From an uncultured Methanosarcinales archaeon (GTDB lineage: Archaea; Nanobdellota; Nanobdellia; Woesearchaeales; WJKV01): a DNA stretch of 46,704 nt. Below, one piece after another: positions 35,002 to 46,582 of the stretch. The notes below the pieces were generated by a model. It saw only the letters and a list, made by a program, of their open reading frames with translations. It was not told where the DNA came from and did no database searches. Position 1 is the first letter of the stretch; every line of letters begins with the position of its first letter. A program made the translations under genes and the position numbers. The stretch lies in NCBI GenBank assembly GCA_964576505.1, contig CAZNVD010000005.1, positions 1-46,704 of the forward strand, given 5' to 3'.

Positions 35002-36120
35002 TTAAGTCTTAGATGCGTTCCGATGAACACTCAACTTTCCCTTTTGAACACTCATTTTTCCTCGCTTATGGCTAAGTTTATGATAAATATCAAGTACACT
35101 GAACAGGAAAGAGAGAATTACAGGACCCAACAGAACCCCAATCAACCCGAACCATTGCGCCCCTCCAACAAGTCCAAGAACAACAACAAGATTAGGCATC
35201 CGTGTTCGAGATCCAATAATATAAGGTTTGTAAAAAGCATCAACAGCAGTAATAATCAAAAGACCAAGCAACAGGAACAAAATACCTTGAACTGTCAAGA
35301 AAGTTTGACCAGTCACAATTCCATTGTAAATCATAGTAAATCCTGCTGGCGCAAACAACACCCACGGAAGCACAGGAATAAATGATAAAAGGAACATTAC
35401 CACAGTCCAGAAAATCCATGAAGGGAAACCAAATAGCGCAAATACAATTCCTCCAGCCAGACCTTGCAGCAAAGACACAACAATACTGCCATAAATAACT
35501 CCATACAATGTTTCTTTGCATCTCTGAAAAAGATATTCCTGATGTTCATCTGATAGCGGCACACAATCCCGCAAATAATGCTGAACTTTTGCCGCATCTC
35601 TGAGAAATGCAAAAAGAGCCATAAGGAAAATAGTAACTTGAAGAATAATTTCAGGTAATGTAAAAATAAAATTGGCACTGTACTCAAGGATTGACTTATT
35701 GATTTTACTCAATCCTTCCTTCAAATAATATTGAACTTCCGGATCACCTAAATATGTAGTAACTGGAGTTATCAATCCACAGATGAAACCAGATTCACAA
35801 TGAGGAAACAAAGTATCAACAGTAGTAATTTTCTGTCTAAATACATTATAAACATAATAGCTTTCAGTACCAAAAGACCTTATCACATAAGCAGCAGGAA
35901 GCAGAAATAGAAGAACTACTAAAACAACTATCAACACAGCAGAGTATGTTCCATTGTTAAATCGCTTGTTAATCCAGACATATGAAGGATAAAGCATCAT
36001 TGAGAAAACAGCACCTGCAAGAACAGCAAGCAGATAAGGTTTAATCAGGAAAAATGCAAGAACAATTGCTAAAACAGTAAGTACAACAATAAAGTACCTC
36101 TTTGTAGCATCACCCTCCAT
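35002..36120 (-). CDS. AI-2E family transporter (UPF0118/PerM-like permease)
   Basis: 372 aa and polytopic. The family-like C-terminal region reads ..AVDAFYKPYIIGSRTRMPNLVVVLGLVGGAQWFGLIGVLLGPV. Confidence 0.75.
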   Translation of the reverse strand: MEGDATKRYFIVVLTVLAIVLAFFLIKPYLLAVLAGAVFSMMLYPSYVWINKRFNNGTYSAVLIVVLVVLLFLLPAAYVIRSFGTESYYVYNVFRQKITTVDTLFPHCESGFICGLITPVTTYLGDPEVQYYLKEGLSKINKSILEYSANFIFTLPEIILQVTIFLMALFAFLRDAAKVQHYLRDCVPLSDEHQEYLFQRCKETLYGVIYGSIVVSLLQGLAGGIVFALFGFPSWIFWTVVMFLLSFIPVLPWVLFAPAGFTMIYNGIVTGQTFLTVQGILFLLLGLLIITAVDAFYKPYIIGSRTRMPNLVVVLGLVGGAQWFGLIGVLLGPVILSFLFSVLDIYHKLSHKRGKMSVQKGKLSVHRNASKT

Positions 36121-36180
36121 AAATATATAAGAAACAAATGCAGTTATAAATCTTATTATGCTGACACAAATAGATAAAAA

Positions 36181-37191
36181 TCACACCTTTTTCAACACTG
36201 CATCAACGCAAACTCTATGAACATATGGAGCAAAATTTCCACAAACAAAAATTTTATGTTTTACAACCTTCCAGCCATATTTCTTGCATGTATCTTTGAT
36301 TTTTTGTAATGGTTTTTCTAGTTCTTCCTGACCACAGAAATCATAGAAGTGTAAAACACAAGGAGATTTCGCTATCTTAAACACAAGATCTAAAAATCGT
36401 TCATTATCCCGCGGAAGACACATTAAAATGCGGTCAAACTTCCTCCTCATTCGCGGTATAATCTTCAACACATCTCCCTTAATCAATTCAATGTTTCGAG
36501 CCTTGTTTTTCGCCATATTAATTTCAGCATACTTATGAGCAACCGGATTCTTCTCGATTCCAACAATAGCTTTTGCTTCACTATGTTTATCAATAAGAAG
36601 ACAATAAGGTGCACATCCGCTAAACATAACTAGAACATTCTCTCTTCGCTTTACAAGAGATGCAATCCTCATTCTCTCATTTGCAAGCCTCACAGAATAG
36701 TACACCTTATCAACATCAAGGGCTATATGAACGCCAAATTCAACAAGAGAAGTCTCCTTTTTTCTAACTCCTGCAAGATGCGTTGTTTTTTGTAAACGGA
36801 ATTCACCTTCATGAATTCCTTTCTTCGTAACAACAGTTTTAACATGAGGCTGACTCAATAAGAATGCCTTCCCTATTTTCGATTTCTTAGATTTTAATTC
36901 AACTGGAAGATCAAGGATAGCAATATCACCAACTACATCAAAAGAACTTGGAATCATGTCCAACTCTTTTTTTGTTAAAAACTTAGCAAGAAGCTCCCTA
37001 AACACAGGAATCTTTTGCTGCTTTTGAAACGATCGTTGCACAACCGTTCCAACTTTTACTTTTTTTGTTACAGGAAATACAACATTTTCTTTATCTCTAA
37101 ATACAGTATGATTAAAATCAAGAACTCCAAGCTGCATCAATTTCTTTTTAGTCTTCTCAGCATCAATCTTGAAGACCTTTACCCCAATCAT
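36181..37191 (-). CDS. trm5: tRNA (guanine37-N1)-methyltransferase Trm5/Taw22-type (Met-10+ like)
   Basis: 336 aa with class I MTase motifs (VLVMFSGCAPY, VGIEKNP, DRILMCLPR). It overlaps fen by 4 nt. Confidence 0.75.
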   Translation of the reverse strand: MIGVKVFKIDAEKTKKKLMQLGVLDFNHTVFRDKENVVFPVTKKVKVGTVVQRSFQKQQKIPVFRELLAKFLTKKELDMIPSSFDVVGDIAILDLPVELKSKKSKIGKAFLLSQPHVKTVVTKKGIHEGEFRLQKTTHLAGVRKKETSLVEFGVHIALDVDKVYYSVRLANERMRIASLVKRRENVLVMFSGCAPYCLLIDKHSEAKAIVGIEKNPVAHKYAEINMAKNKARNIELIKGDVLKIIPRMRRKFDRILMCLPRDNERFLDLVFKIAKSPCVLHFYDFCGQEELEKPLQKIKDTCKKYGWKVVKHKIFVCGNFAPYVHRVCVDAVLKKV

Positions 37192-38216
37192 GCAAAATCA
37201 CCAAGACTTTTCTGTTGACGTTGAGATGCAGCCTTAGCCCTATTCTTTAGTTTAGCTACAACCCGCTCTTGATTAAATCCATGTTTTTCACACAGCAACT
37301 GCAAAACTTTCTTTTCATCAACGCCCGCCCACTTCAAGGTATACTTTTTTTCAACTGGCAATTCAGCAAAGATTTTGTAAACATCTTTCCATGAATAATC
37401 AAACTCCCATTTCACATTTTTGAACAAAGCATCAAAATCATGATCATATTCTTTGATCAGTTTCAATCCCTTCTTTGGTCCAATCCCAATTATTCCACCT
37501 GGATCAAAATCAGTACCTACAAGAATGCCAAGCACAATAAGTTGTTCCTGATCAATCTCAAGTCTTTTCAAGCTACTTTTTAGATCAATAAGTTCAGGCA
37601 GCACTGTTTCAAACGCAAGCTTGTTTACTCGCTTCTTTTTGCCGGCAACACTCAGATTCTTAATAACCCGAGTCGCTCCAAACAATAAACAATCAGCATC
37701 CTGACTCACAACCGCATATCCATCTCCTTTTGCGCACATATACGCAGCCTGTCCTTCTCCTTCTGAAGGTGCCTGCACAACCGGAATACCAAGCGCCATC
37801 AACAATTCTTTCGAATCATCAATCATATCCTGAGTTAATAATGACGTCCGCACTCCAAATTTCCTCATTCCTTCTGAATCTTCATTTGCAACAGCCTTCT
37901 CATAAGCGACACGAGCTTCCTGTTTAATCTTCATCCGTCTTTGATCTTCCTGCCTTTTCAATTCAGGAGTTTCCCCATCAAACACAAACACTAATTTCAA
38001 TCCTTGTTCCATGAAAGCGGTCGTCCGGTTAAACAATCCAATAAGATGAGAAGTTATAGTTCCATTTCTGCCTGTAAAAGGCATTCCATCTGGTCCTCGA
38101 ATCGTAGTCAGAAATTGATATAAAATATTGTGTGCATCAACTAACAATACTTTCCCAGACAAATCTTCAATTTTGATTTTATCCGCATCCAATAATTCTA
38201 CTATTTTACATCCCAT
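37188..38216 (-). CDS. fen: Flap endonuclease 1
   Basis: N-terminus MG..I..L plus VDAHNILYQFLTTIRGPDG, VFVFDG, QDADCLLFG and GTDFDPGG motifs. 342 aa. Confidence 0.9.
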   Translation of the reverse strand: MGCKIVELLDADKIKIEDLSGKVLLVDAHNILYQFLTTIRGPDGMPFTGRNGTITSHLIGLFNRTTAFMEQGLKLVFVFDGETPELKRQEDQRRMKIKQEARVAYEKAVANEDSEGMRKFGVRTSLLTQDMIDDSKELLMALGIPVVQAPSEGEGQAAYMCAKGDGYAVVSQDADCLLFGATRVIKNLSVAGKKKRVNKLAFETVLPELIDLKSSLKRLEIDQEQLIVLGILVGTDFDPGGIIGIGPKKGLKLIKEYDHDFDALFKNVKWEFDYSWKDVYKIFAELPVEKKYTLKWAGVDEKKVLQLLCEKHGFNQERVVAKLKNRAKAASQRQQKSLGDFA

Positions 38217-38302
38217 AACAAGCCAAAAAGAACTATTAATTAATAAGATTTAGGATTCAAAACTTTAATTGCTGAAATTTTATGAAAATACATTCAAAGA
38301 AT

Positions 38303-39100
38303 TTATGCTTTCTGAACAGCAGACAGTTGCCTATTTTTCCGAATACAATCAGTAACATAGGATCTGAAATCAGGATATGATTTACAAATTTGCAATAAAC
38401 TCAATCCACTCATCGACAAGTCTAAGTGATATGGCAGTCCCACAAAAGTGACATTATCACTGGGCAAAACAGCTACCTGTATTTCATAACCCTTAAACGC
38501 ACCATTGACTAGCCTTCCATTAGTGTGGTCAATGTTTTGTGCAATTGGAACAAGCGCTTCAATAGTAACTCCAAGAATATTGATATCCGCCGGACAATCA
38601 ACGCCCCAAATAGTATAATAAGAGTTGAATGTCTTTTCAATGCAGCCATCCCTAACCGCTTCGAACGCATCACCATCAAGGTGTTTAATTTCAGGATGAG
38701 CAAACATCAACTCAAGCATTCCCTCAATAATATTTCCTGCTGAACGCTTAGCATAAAATGATCCCCTATCAAATGTGCCTCCAACATGAAAACACACACC
38801 AGATCCCATCATTTTCTCTTTAAATCCTGCCTTCAGAATCCGCTTAGCACTCAAATCACAAGTATCATGAAAACCAACCACATATTCAGCAGCAATCTGT
38901 GGCATTAGTAAATAAGTACCTACTTCATTAGATGGAGATTGAAGTCGAACCGCTTCTCCTTTAAATTTAGGTGTTACAGAAGCATCAGTTCTCTGAGAAG
39001 CTATTTCTATGATTTGTTTCTTATCACCTTCAGAAGAGTTGTCAAAGCGTTTCTTCAAATCGCTAACATATTCTGTCAATATAATTTCATTCAGAGTCAT
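38303..39100 (-). CDS. Hypothetical protein (about 265 aa)
   Basis: ORF track. The track start at 39175 is TTG; the ATG at 39100 (MTLNEIIL) is preceded by GGAG. Confidence 0.65.
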   Translation of the reverse strand: MTLNEIILTEYVSDLKKRFDNSSEGDKKQIIEIASQRTDASVTPKFKGEAVRLQSPSNEVGTYLLMPQIAAEYVVGFHDTCDLSAKRILKAGFKEKMMGSGVCFHVGGTFDRGSFYAKRSAGNIIEGMLELMFAHPEIKHLDGDAFEAVRDGCIEKTFNSYYTIWGVDCPADINILGVTIEALVPIAQNIDHTNGRLVNGAFKGYEIQVAVLPSDNVTFVGLPYHLDLSMSGLSLLQICKSYPDFRSYVTDCIRKNRQLSAVQKA

Positions 39101-39226
39101 ATATAAACTCCTTTTTCTCCTATTTTTAAGCTTTTCTTTTTTAATCACCAAGAAGTGATTAATTTTAAGAATCAAGATACAGAAGAATCAATTGATTCTT
39201 TGCATCATAAGAAACAATGCCTTGTT

Positions 39227-40879
39227 TTATTTCCTTTCAATAGTCACATCAGGCAATCCATCTAAATCAACATCAATTCTCTGAATAATCCCATTATCAT
39301 AATATAATGTAGCTTTGTTAATGAGATTTCTGGGAACCCCATAAAAGTCTATTTTTTCATCATCAGAAAACTGAGATAAAATTAAATTATTCTCGCCAGA
39401 TTCAATAATAAATGCAGGTTTCCTTTTTTTCTTGTCACCCCAAGTTTTGTAGGGAGCAAAAGACTCTACAAGCTTATGGAGACTCGCATCAAATTTATCA
39501 TTTCTAGTTGCAATCCTTCGCTTAATTAATCCACTTGGCAGACCAGCAAATTTGAGAAGTTTTTCATCCTCAGTTACAATATTTTGTGCCCACTTCACCA
39601 AACCATCATAACCACCTACATCATCCCACACAGTTTTAGTATCGGCTTGAGTATCCTTTTGTAAGAGATCATCAATAGATTTCCATCTCAAACGCAACTT
39701 GTCAAGAATTGAATCAAAAGAATCTTTTTGCCCTGGTCCAAAATAATAGGCTATCAAACCACTATCATCGACAAACTCTTCAGTTTCTTCAGGCGAATGA
39801 TCAAATGATAGGCAATCATTTTTTCCTAGCAGTTTATCCCCCAGATTTGACTGTCGCAATGCAATCTCCACAATTCCATCCAGAAGAAGTCTCTGTGTCA
39901 CAATCCGCAATTCAGCTGTGCTAAATAATCCCCGCATATAAGTTAAAAGAGATTTGTTCACAACATTTTCAATCGAAGTTTTAGTATTCCATGGATCAGA
40001 CAATAAAGCACGAAGAATAGCAACAGAATTCTTTTTTGATTGCATAAACAAATTAGCAATTTCCTCAGCGCAATCAGCCCTATGCCGATAAGAACCAAAG
40101 TAAACAGCAACTTTTTTTTGCCCTAGAGATTCCAGTCTCACCGAACCAATATCCTTTGTGAAATAGTATGGCACTACAATATTGCCTTTATCAGATACAA
40201 TTTTAAATAATCGTTGAGCAGATTCAAATGACCTGAAACAATACAAAAACGCAAGAGGATCTATCATATCACCACCATAGTGAGATTTTCCTTTTTCTAA
40301 TTCAGGAGTCTTTCCATTTGTCACAATCCGAGTTTGTGTTTGCAGCTCAGAAACTCCTTCTTTTTCTGGATAAAATCTCCAATCAGAAATAGTACGAACA
40401 TCAGACTTTCTTTTCACAATATTAATATTACTCTCCCGACGCAAAGGTTCCAATCTTTCACTCAATTCAGTTTTATCTTCGCACCATACCTCGGGAAGAT
40501 CCACCTTGCTTGAGAAAAATCCACCAACTGCATTAACAAAATCTCCTAATCCACTTCTGCGGAATTCTCCTTTCAAAGAAAGTAAACAGTATTTAGTAGG
40601 TTTCTTAGACTTCACATTCAAATATGGTTCCAGATATGTATCTACTTTGCAAGAAAATATTACCTTTCCAGAATAACCTATAGCAGAGAGTTCATATTCA
40701 TCAGAAATATCTTCCAATGTATAAGGTAAGTTGAGACTTCCAAATGCTGCTGAACTTTCTGCTTTTGGAACTGTCTGCTTGTAAACAGCCCTGGCTTCAG
40801 GTTTCTTATCAAAAGTACCCTGACAACCTGCCAACAGCACTGCAGCTAATCCATATGAAACTAGTCTCTTCAAAACCAT
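39227..40879 (-). CDS. Putative lipoprotein (550 aa)
   Basis: N-terminus MVLKRLVSYGLAAVLLAGC has a lipobox-like LAGC. Confidence 0.75.
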   Translation of the reverse strand: MVLKRLVSYGLAAVLLAGCQGTFDKKPEARAVYKQTVPKAESSAAFGSLNLPYTLEDISDEYELSAIGYSGKVIFSCKVDTYLEPYLNVKSKKPTKYCLLSLKGEFRRSGLGDFVNAVGGFFSSKVDLPEVWCEDKTELSERLEPLRRESNINIVKRKSDVRTISDWRFYPEKEGVSELQTQTRIVTNGKTPELEKGKSHYGGDMIDPLAFLYCFRSFESAQRLFKIVSDKGNIVVPYYFTKDIGSVRLESLGQKKVAVYFGSYRHRADCAEEIANLFMQSKKNSVAILRALLSDPWNTKTSIENVVNKSLLTYMRGLFSTAELRIVTQRLLLDGIVEIALRQSNLGDKLLGKNDCLSFDHSPEETEEFVDDSGLIAYYFGPGQKDSFDSILDKLRLRWKSIDDLLQKDTQADTKTVWDDVGGYDGLVKWAQNIVTEDEKLLKFAGLPSGLIKRRIATRNDKFDASLHKLVESFAPYKTWGDKKKRKPAFIIESGENNLILSQFSDDEKIDFYGVPRNLINKATLYYDNGIIQRIDVDLDGLPDVTIERK

Positions 40880-40997
40880 AAATATTTTTTCATGCCTTCG
40901 TTTATAAATATTACCATTAATTGAGGACGAATTGTAAAGAAATATAGAACCAAGAATCTCAGATACAATTGAAACTTAAGATTCTAAGAATCAAATT

Positions 40998-41084
40998 TTA
41001 CTTCTTCCTAAACTCAACATTCTTGAAAAATTCAAATTCTTTATCACCTGTTACAAAAGGAATCCTATACTCAAGTGCATAGTA
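40998..41084 (-). pseudogene. C-terminal remnant of a PIN-domain (VapC) gene
   Basis: The translation YYALEYRIPFVTGDKEFEFFKNVEFRKK* matches the typical PIN C-terminus (A..y.iplvT.Dk.F). It is preceded by an in-frame stop, and the ~100 N-terminal codons are absent. Confidence 0.55.
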
Positions 41085-41100
41085 TCAAGACATATCATCA

Positions 41101-41226
41101 TTATAGCCACTTACCTTCTGAACCAGCTCGTACTTCTTTTAATAGTTCTTCAGTAGACTTCTTTGTTTTGGCAGTGCCAAACAAATCCTTGAGAACATTA
41201 TCTCCTTTCTTAACTTTAACTGCCAT
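41101..41226 (-). CDS. Small ORF (41 aa), possible orphan antitoxin of the degraded vapBC pair
   Basis: Hand translation gives MAVKVKKGDNVLKDLFGTAKTKKSTEELLKEVRAGSEGKWL*. The call rests on its position immediately upstream of the PIN remnant. It is not in the ORF track because it is under 60 aa. Confidence 0.35.
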   Translation of the reverse strand: MAVKVKKGDNVLKDLFGTAKTKKSTEELLKEVRAGSEGKWL

Positions 41227-41328
41227 ATATAACTATACAATATAACTGATACAAAAAGATTTAGCTTTTAGATGCAAAGAAACACTTGATTCAAGATTCC
41301 AAGCAACTTAAGCAACCAATAATTTTAC

Positions 41329-43278
<1,950 letters not shown>

Positions 43279-43355
43279 TTACTATATATCCAGAATCCTC
43301 TCAACAATTGTTTCAATAGTCACCAAGAATCATTAAAAAATGACTCAAAAAAGAG

Positions 43356-44456
43356 CTACCTTGCATGAATCTCAATCACATCTCCATCTTTAAGATGGTG
43401 ACTCAAAAGATGCTTCTGCCCCGGAAATTTAGCACTCTTTCCCCACACTTTACAAAACGTAAATTTCTTTATAAAATCTTTATGTAATCTATCACACACA
43501 TCTTTCACAGTACATCCATGTTTCATAATAAGAGGTTCATTCATATCCGCTTTTTTCCCACGTTCTTTACAGAAAACACTGATTAAGTTGAGCTTCTGAT
43601 AAATTTTCTCTTTTAACTCGTCAAGACCAAATTCTTGGTCAGCTGAAATACAAATATCAGGCCTATACAATTCCTTCATTTCATTTAATTCGCCAACAGT
43701 AATTTGATCAACTTTGTTAATTACTAGCAATGATGGAATATATACTCTGTTTCCCTCAAGAACATCAATCAGCTGATCATCAGTAATATCATCTCTAATC
43801 AAACATACACCATTTTGAATTTTATAAGTATTCAAAATCTCACGGATCTCAATTTCCCCTATATTAGTTAAAGGCACAGTACTCCCGATGGTCAATCCTC
43901 CACGGGCTTTCATAGTAACTTTAACATCCGGTTTATTCTGATCCAGCCGAATTCCAGCATCAAACAATTCATGTTTAAGCACAGCAAGAGTATGGCATCT
44001 AAAAACATCCGCCATGATAACAATCAAGTCAGCAGTCCTTGCAACACCAATTACTTCTTTACCTCTGCCACGACCTTGACTTGCTCCCTGAATAATACCT
44101 GGTACGTCTAGAATTTGAATGTCTGCAAATTTGTAATGCATCATTCCAGGAACAACATCAAGTGTAGTAAACTCATAAGCACCAACTTCACTCTGAGCAC
44201 CAGTCAATTTATTCAGCAATGTACTCTTTCCAACACTCGGAAATCCAATAAGAACTGCGCTTGCATCTCCTGATTTTCTAACAGCATAAACTCCGCTTAC
44301 ATTTTGCGATTTTTTAGAAGCCGAATGCGTCGCCTCAGTCCTAAGCTGAGCTAGCTTAGCTTTCATCATACCATGGGCCTTCTGAGTATGTTTATTATAC
44401 TTAGATTTAGCTAACGTCTCTTCAAGTTCCTTGATTTTTTCTTGCACATTAGCCAT
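43356..44456 (-). CDS. drg: DRG-family (Obg-like) GTPase with a C-terminal TGS domain
   Basis: G1 motif GFPSVGKSTLLNKLTG, DVPGII, NKVD and a C-terminal ..LKDGDVIEI. 366 aa. Confidence 0.85.
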   Translation of the reverse strand: MANVQEKIKELEETLAKSKYNKHTQKAHGMMKAKLAQLRTEATHSASKKSQNVSGVYAVRKSGDASAVLIGFPSVGKSTLLNKLTGAQSEVGAYEFTTLDVVPGMMHYKFADIQILDVPGIIQGASQGRGRGKEVIGVARTADLIVIMADVFRCHTLAVLKHELFDAGIRLDQNKPDVKVTMKARGGLTIGSTVPLTNIGEIEIREILNTYKIQNGVCLIRDDITDDQLIDVLEGNRVYIPSLLVINKVDQITVGELNEMKELYRPDICISADQEFGLDELKEKIYQKLNLISVFCKERGKKADMNEPLIMKHGCTVKDVCDRLHKDFIKKFTFCKVWGKSAKFPGQKHLLSHHLKDGDVIEIHAR

Positions 44457-44566
44457 TATTTGTTTTTTTATGCGTCGCTGCCCTCTCGCAAGCTTACGAC
44501 GCTAATTTTGGGTGGAGCATTTTCTCTAATTAAAACACAAAAATTCAAACAAAATGCTCCAGCGTA
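44457..44566. other. 110-nt insert between the two copies of the drg 5' end; contains two hairpins
   Basis: A perfect 11-bp stem pairs tggagcatttt (44513-44523) with aaaatgctcca (44551-44561). A 6-bp stem pairs gcgtcg (44472-44477) with cgacgc (44497-44502). It is locally GC-richer than its surroundings. Confidence 0.7.
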
Positions 44567-44659
44567 CATCATACCATGGGCTTTCTGAGTATGTTTATTG
44601 TACTTGGATTTAGCTAGTGTCTCTTCCAGTTCCTTGATTTTTTCTTGTACATTAGCCAT
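44567..44659 (-). pseudogene. Duplicated 5' fragment of drg (codons 1-31)
   Basis: The 93 nt align without gaps to 44364-44456, with 7 substitutions. All 7 are synonymous, and the encoded 31 aa are identical. Downstream, the reading frame runs into unrelated sequence. Confidence 0.8.
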
Positions 44660-44738
44660 AATTTAGAAAAAAGAGAAGGTAGACCTTAAAAAAGGTTTTC
44701 TAAGATACAATCGATTCTTGAAACTTATGAATCAAAAA

Positions 44739-45311
44739 TCAAAAATCTTGGTCTCTCAAATATTCAATTAACTTGGGATTAATCAGAGGATGTCCATCAA
44801 CCACAGGATACCTATAAGGTAATACAACAGATTCATTTTCTCCAAATTCAACTTCGAGCTCGTCAGCAAAATCTATACTTTCAAGCCTGTCCCCACCCAG
44901 AATCTTCATAACAACATAAACAGCCCCATCAATACAAAGCTGCTTTGGCCCAATATTCCGCAGCTGCGCTCCTTCAATTGTTGAAGTCAATTCAGTCCCG
45001 GTCCGCCCATTAAAAGCTTCCTCACCAAGTATTCCACCAACAACAAAGTAATCAAAATTATTAAGATCCTCAGGAGTCAACACATTCTCAGCAGTTGGAT
45101 CAAGTACAATTGTCCGTTTTGGATCAACTACATCCGCAGCTCTCCTCTCTGTGCATTGTGCAAACCACAATTTTTCAGAACAATTTGTAATCATCAACAA
45201 ACCGTCAGGAACATATTTACTTGCTTGCTCATATTCTAGTTTGCACCACTCATGCACCTCTGATTCAAGATGCTCGATAACAATAACCGGTTTAGTAATA
45301 TTTTTTTTCAT
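44739..45311 (-). CDS. SFM1-like SPOUT methyltransferase (DUF431 family)
   Basis: By-eye similarity to yeast Sfm1: IVIEHLESEVHEWCKLEYEQ against IIEHMEEGFSEWVILEYSQ; VLDPTAENVLTPEDLNNFDYFVVGGILGE against LLDPRA..L.PED...FDYFVFGGILGD; and LPYRY against MPFRY. Confidence 0.65.
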   Translation of the reverse strand: MKKNITKPVIVIEHLESEVHEWCKLEYEQASKYVPDGLLMITNCSEKLWFAQCTERRAADVVDPKRTIVLDPTAENVLTPEDLNNFDYFVVGGILGEEAFNGRTGTELTSTIEGAQLRNIGPKQLCIDGAVYVVMKILGGDRLESIDFADELEVEFGENESVVLPYRYPVVDGHPLINPKLIEYLRDQDF

Positions 45312-45994
45312 TTTTTCTTTTTGAATCTCAATTTTTGTTCAGCTGATAATCGTTCAGTTGCATAGCTTCTCATGATACTAGGCATCTTGGATGCATTTGA
45401 TTCGAGAAACTTAAGCAACAATTTTTCATCTCGTTTACCAACTTCACGCAGCATCCATCCGCATGCCTTGTGAAGTAATTCGTGATCATCATTCATAAGC
45501 ATTTCGGATAATTTCAAGGTATCTTCAAAATCATTGTTCCTGATAAAAGCAAATGTAGAAACAATTGCAATCCTTCTTTCCCAGAGATTTTTGCTTTGAC
45601 TGAGTTTATACAACACATCTCTAGGTTTATCAAGAAGATGTTTCCCAACAATCTTATCAGCCGTAAGATCAACAAGATCCCAATTATTAACTCCATGCAA
45701 ATGAGACATATAAAAATCATAAATTTTTAAAGGTTCATCTCTATATTTTTGTACAAGAATAAGTAACCCAAGTAACCTTATTTCATGATACTCATGATGC
45801 AAAAGTTGCTCAATATCTTGAAGCGAAGCATCTTTGTATTGTTTTGCAACAGCCCTAATCTCAGGAACATAAATCCCAAGAAATTTATCGCCATATCCAT
45901 ATTGACCTGGTGCATTTTTGAAGAAACTTGATAGTATCAAGACACGAGATTCATTACGCAAAGACATAACTTCAGATACAATATCAGCATACAT
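45308..45994 (-). CDS. DNA alkylation repair protein (AlkD-like HEAT-repeat family)
   Basis: Family-like N-terminus (..FFKNAPGQYGYGDKFLGIYVPEIRAVAKQY), WE(R)R, and ACGWMLREVGKRD. Start chosen at MYADI (45994), which has ATTTATATA about 25-30 nt upstream; the track start at 46048 is TTG. Confidence 0.7.
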   Translation of the reverse strand: MYADIVSEVMSLRNESRVLILSSFFKNAPGQYGYGDKFLGIYVPEIRAVAKQYKDASLQDIEQLLHHEYHEIRLLGLLILVQKYRDEPLKIYDFYMSHLHGVNNWDLVDLTADKIVGKHLLDKPRDVLYKLSQSKNLWERRIAIVSTFAFIRNNDFEDTLKLSEMLMNDDHELLHKACGWMLREVGKRDEKLLLKFLESNASKMPSIMRSYATERLSAEQKLRFKKKK

Positions 45995-46079
45995 AAAAAT
46001 CAGCATTTTTTCAAGGTATATAAATAATATGCTCTTCATATTGCACAAGTATTAAAAAACAGAATGTATTTTCCATGCC

Positions 46080-46520
46080 ATGAAACAGATTATGATACTC
46101 ATTCTTGTACTCGTATTTATTATCGGATGCTCATCCCAACAATTCAGCAATGTATCCAACTATAATCCAACATTAGATCAAAACGACTATTTTGATACAA
46201 CAATTACAATTTCAAACAATGAATTTGAGTCTCAAAAATACAAACTAGACATTAAGTGTACAACTTTGGACTGCCAATCATCAATAAGTGTACAGTCATT
46301 TCCTTCCATCGAATTAGAGCCACAAACCACTGCAGATATTCCTATCAGAATTATTTCAACTCCCAAAGCAGAAAATGGTGTATATGATATCAAAATAGAA
46401 ATAACCCCTGAAAAGAGACAAATAATACAACAAGCTCATATCACTGTTACAATAATTAACCAAAGGCAATCAGAAATAGATCAAATAACAGACTTCTTAA
46501 CTCAAAACCAAAAAAATTAA
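46080..46520 (+). CDS. Putative lipoprotein (146 aa)
   Basis: N-terminus MKQIMILILVLVFIIGCSS has a lipobox-like IIGC. Confidence 0.7.
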   Translation: MKQIMILILVLVFIIGCSSQQFSNVSNYNPTLDQNDYFDTTITISNNEFESQKYKLDIKCTTLDCQSSISVQSFPSIELEPQTTADIPIRIISTPKAENGVYDIKIEITPEKRQIIQQAHITVTIINQRQSEIDQITDFLTQNQKN

Positions 46521-46582
46521 AAATGCTGATTGCATAAAAAAACCACAATACATATAAAAGGGGACTAGAGAGTATAAATATT

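Noticed and set aside
35240-35687. ORFs 35240-35521 and 35397-35687 (minus strand) and 34990-35385 (plus strand)
   Set aside because: They are out-of-frame or antisense overlaps of the AI-2E permease gene and have implausible composition.
44468-44659. 63-aa ORF annotated upstream of drg
   Set aside because: Its first 31 aa are a duplicated drg N-terminus, and the remainder reads through the 110-nt insert into nonsense-like sequence. I treat it as a gene fragment, not a gene.
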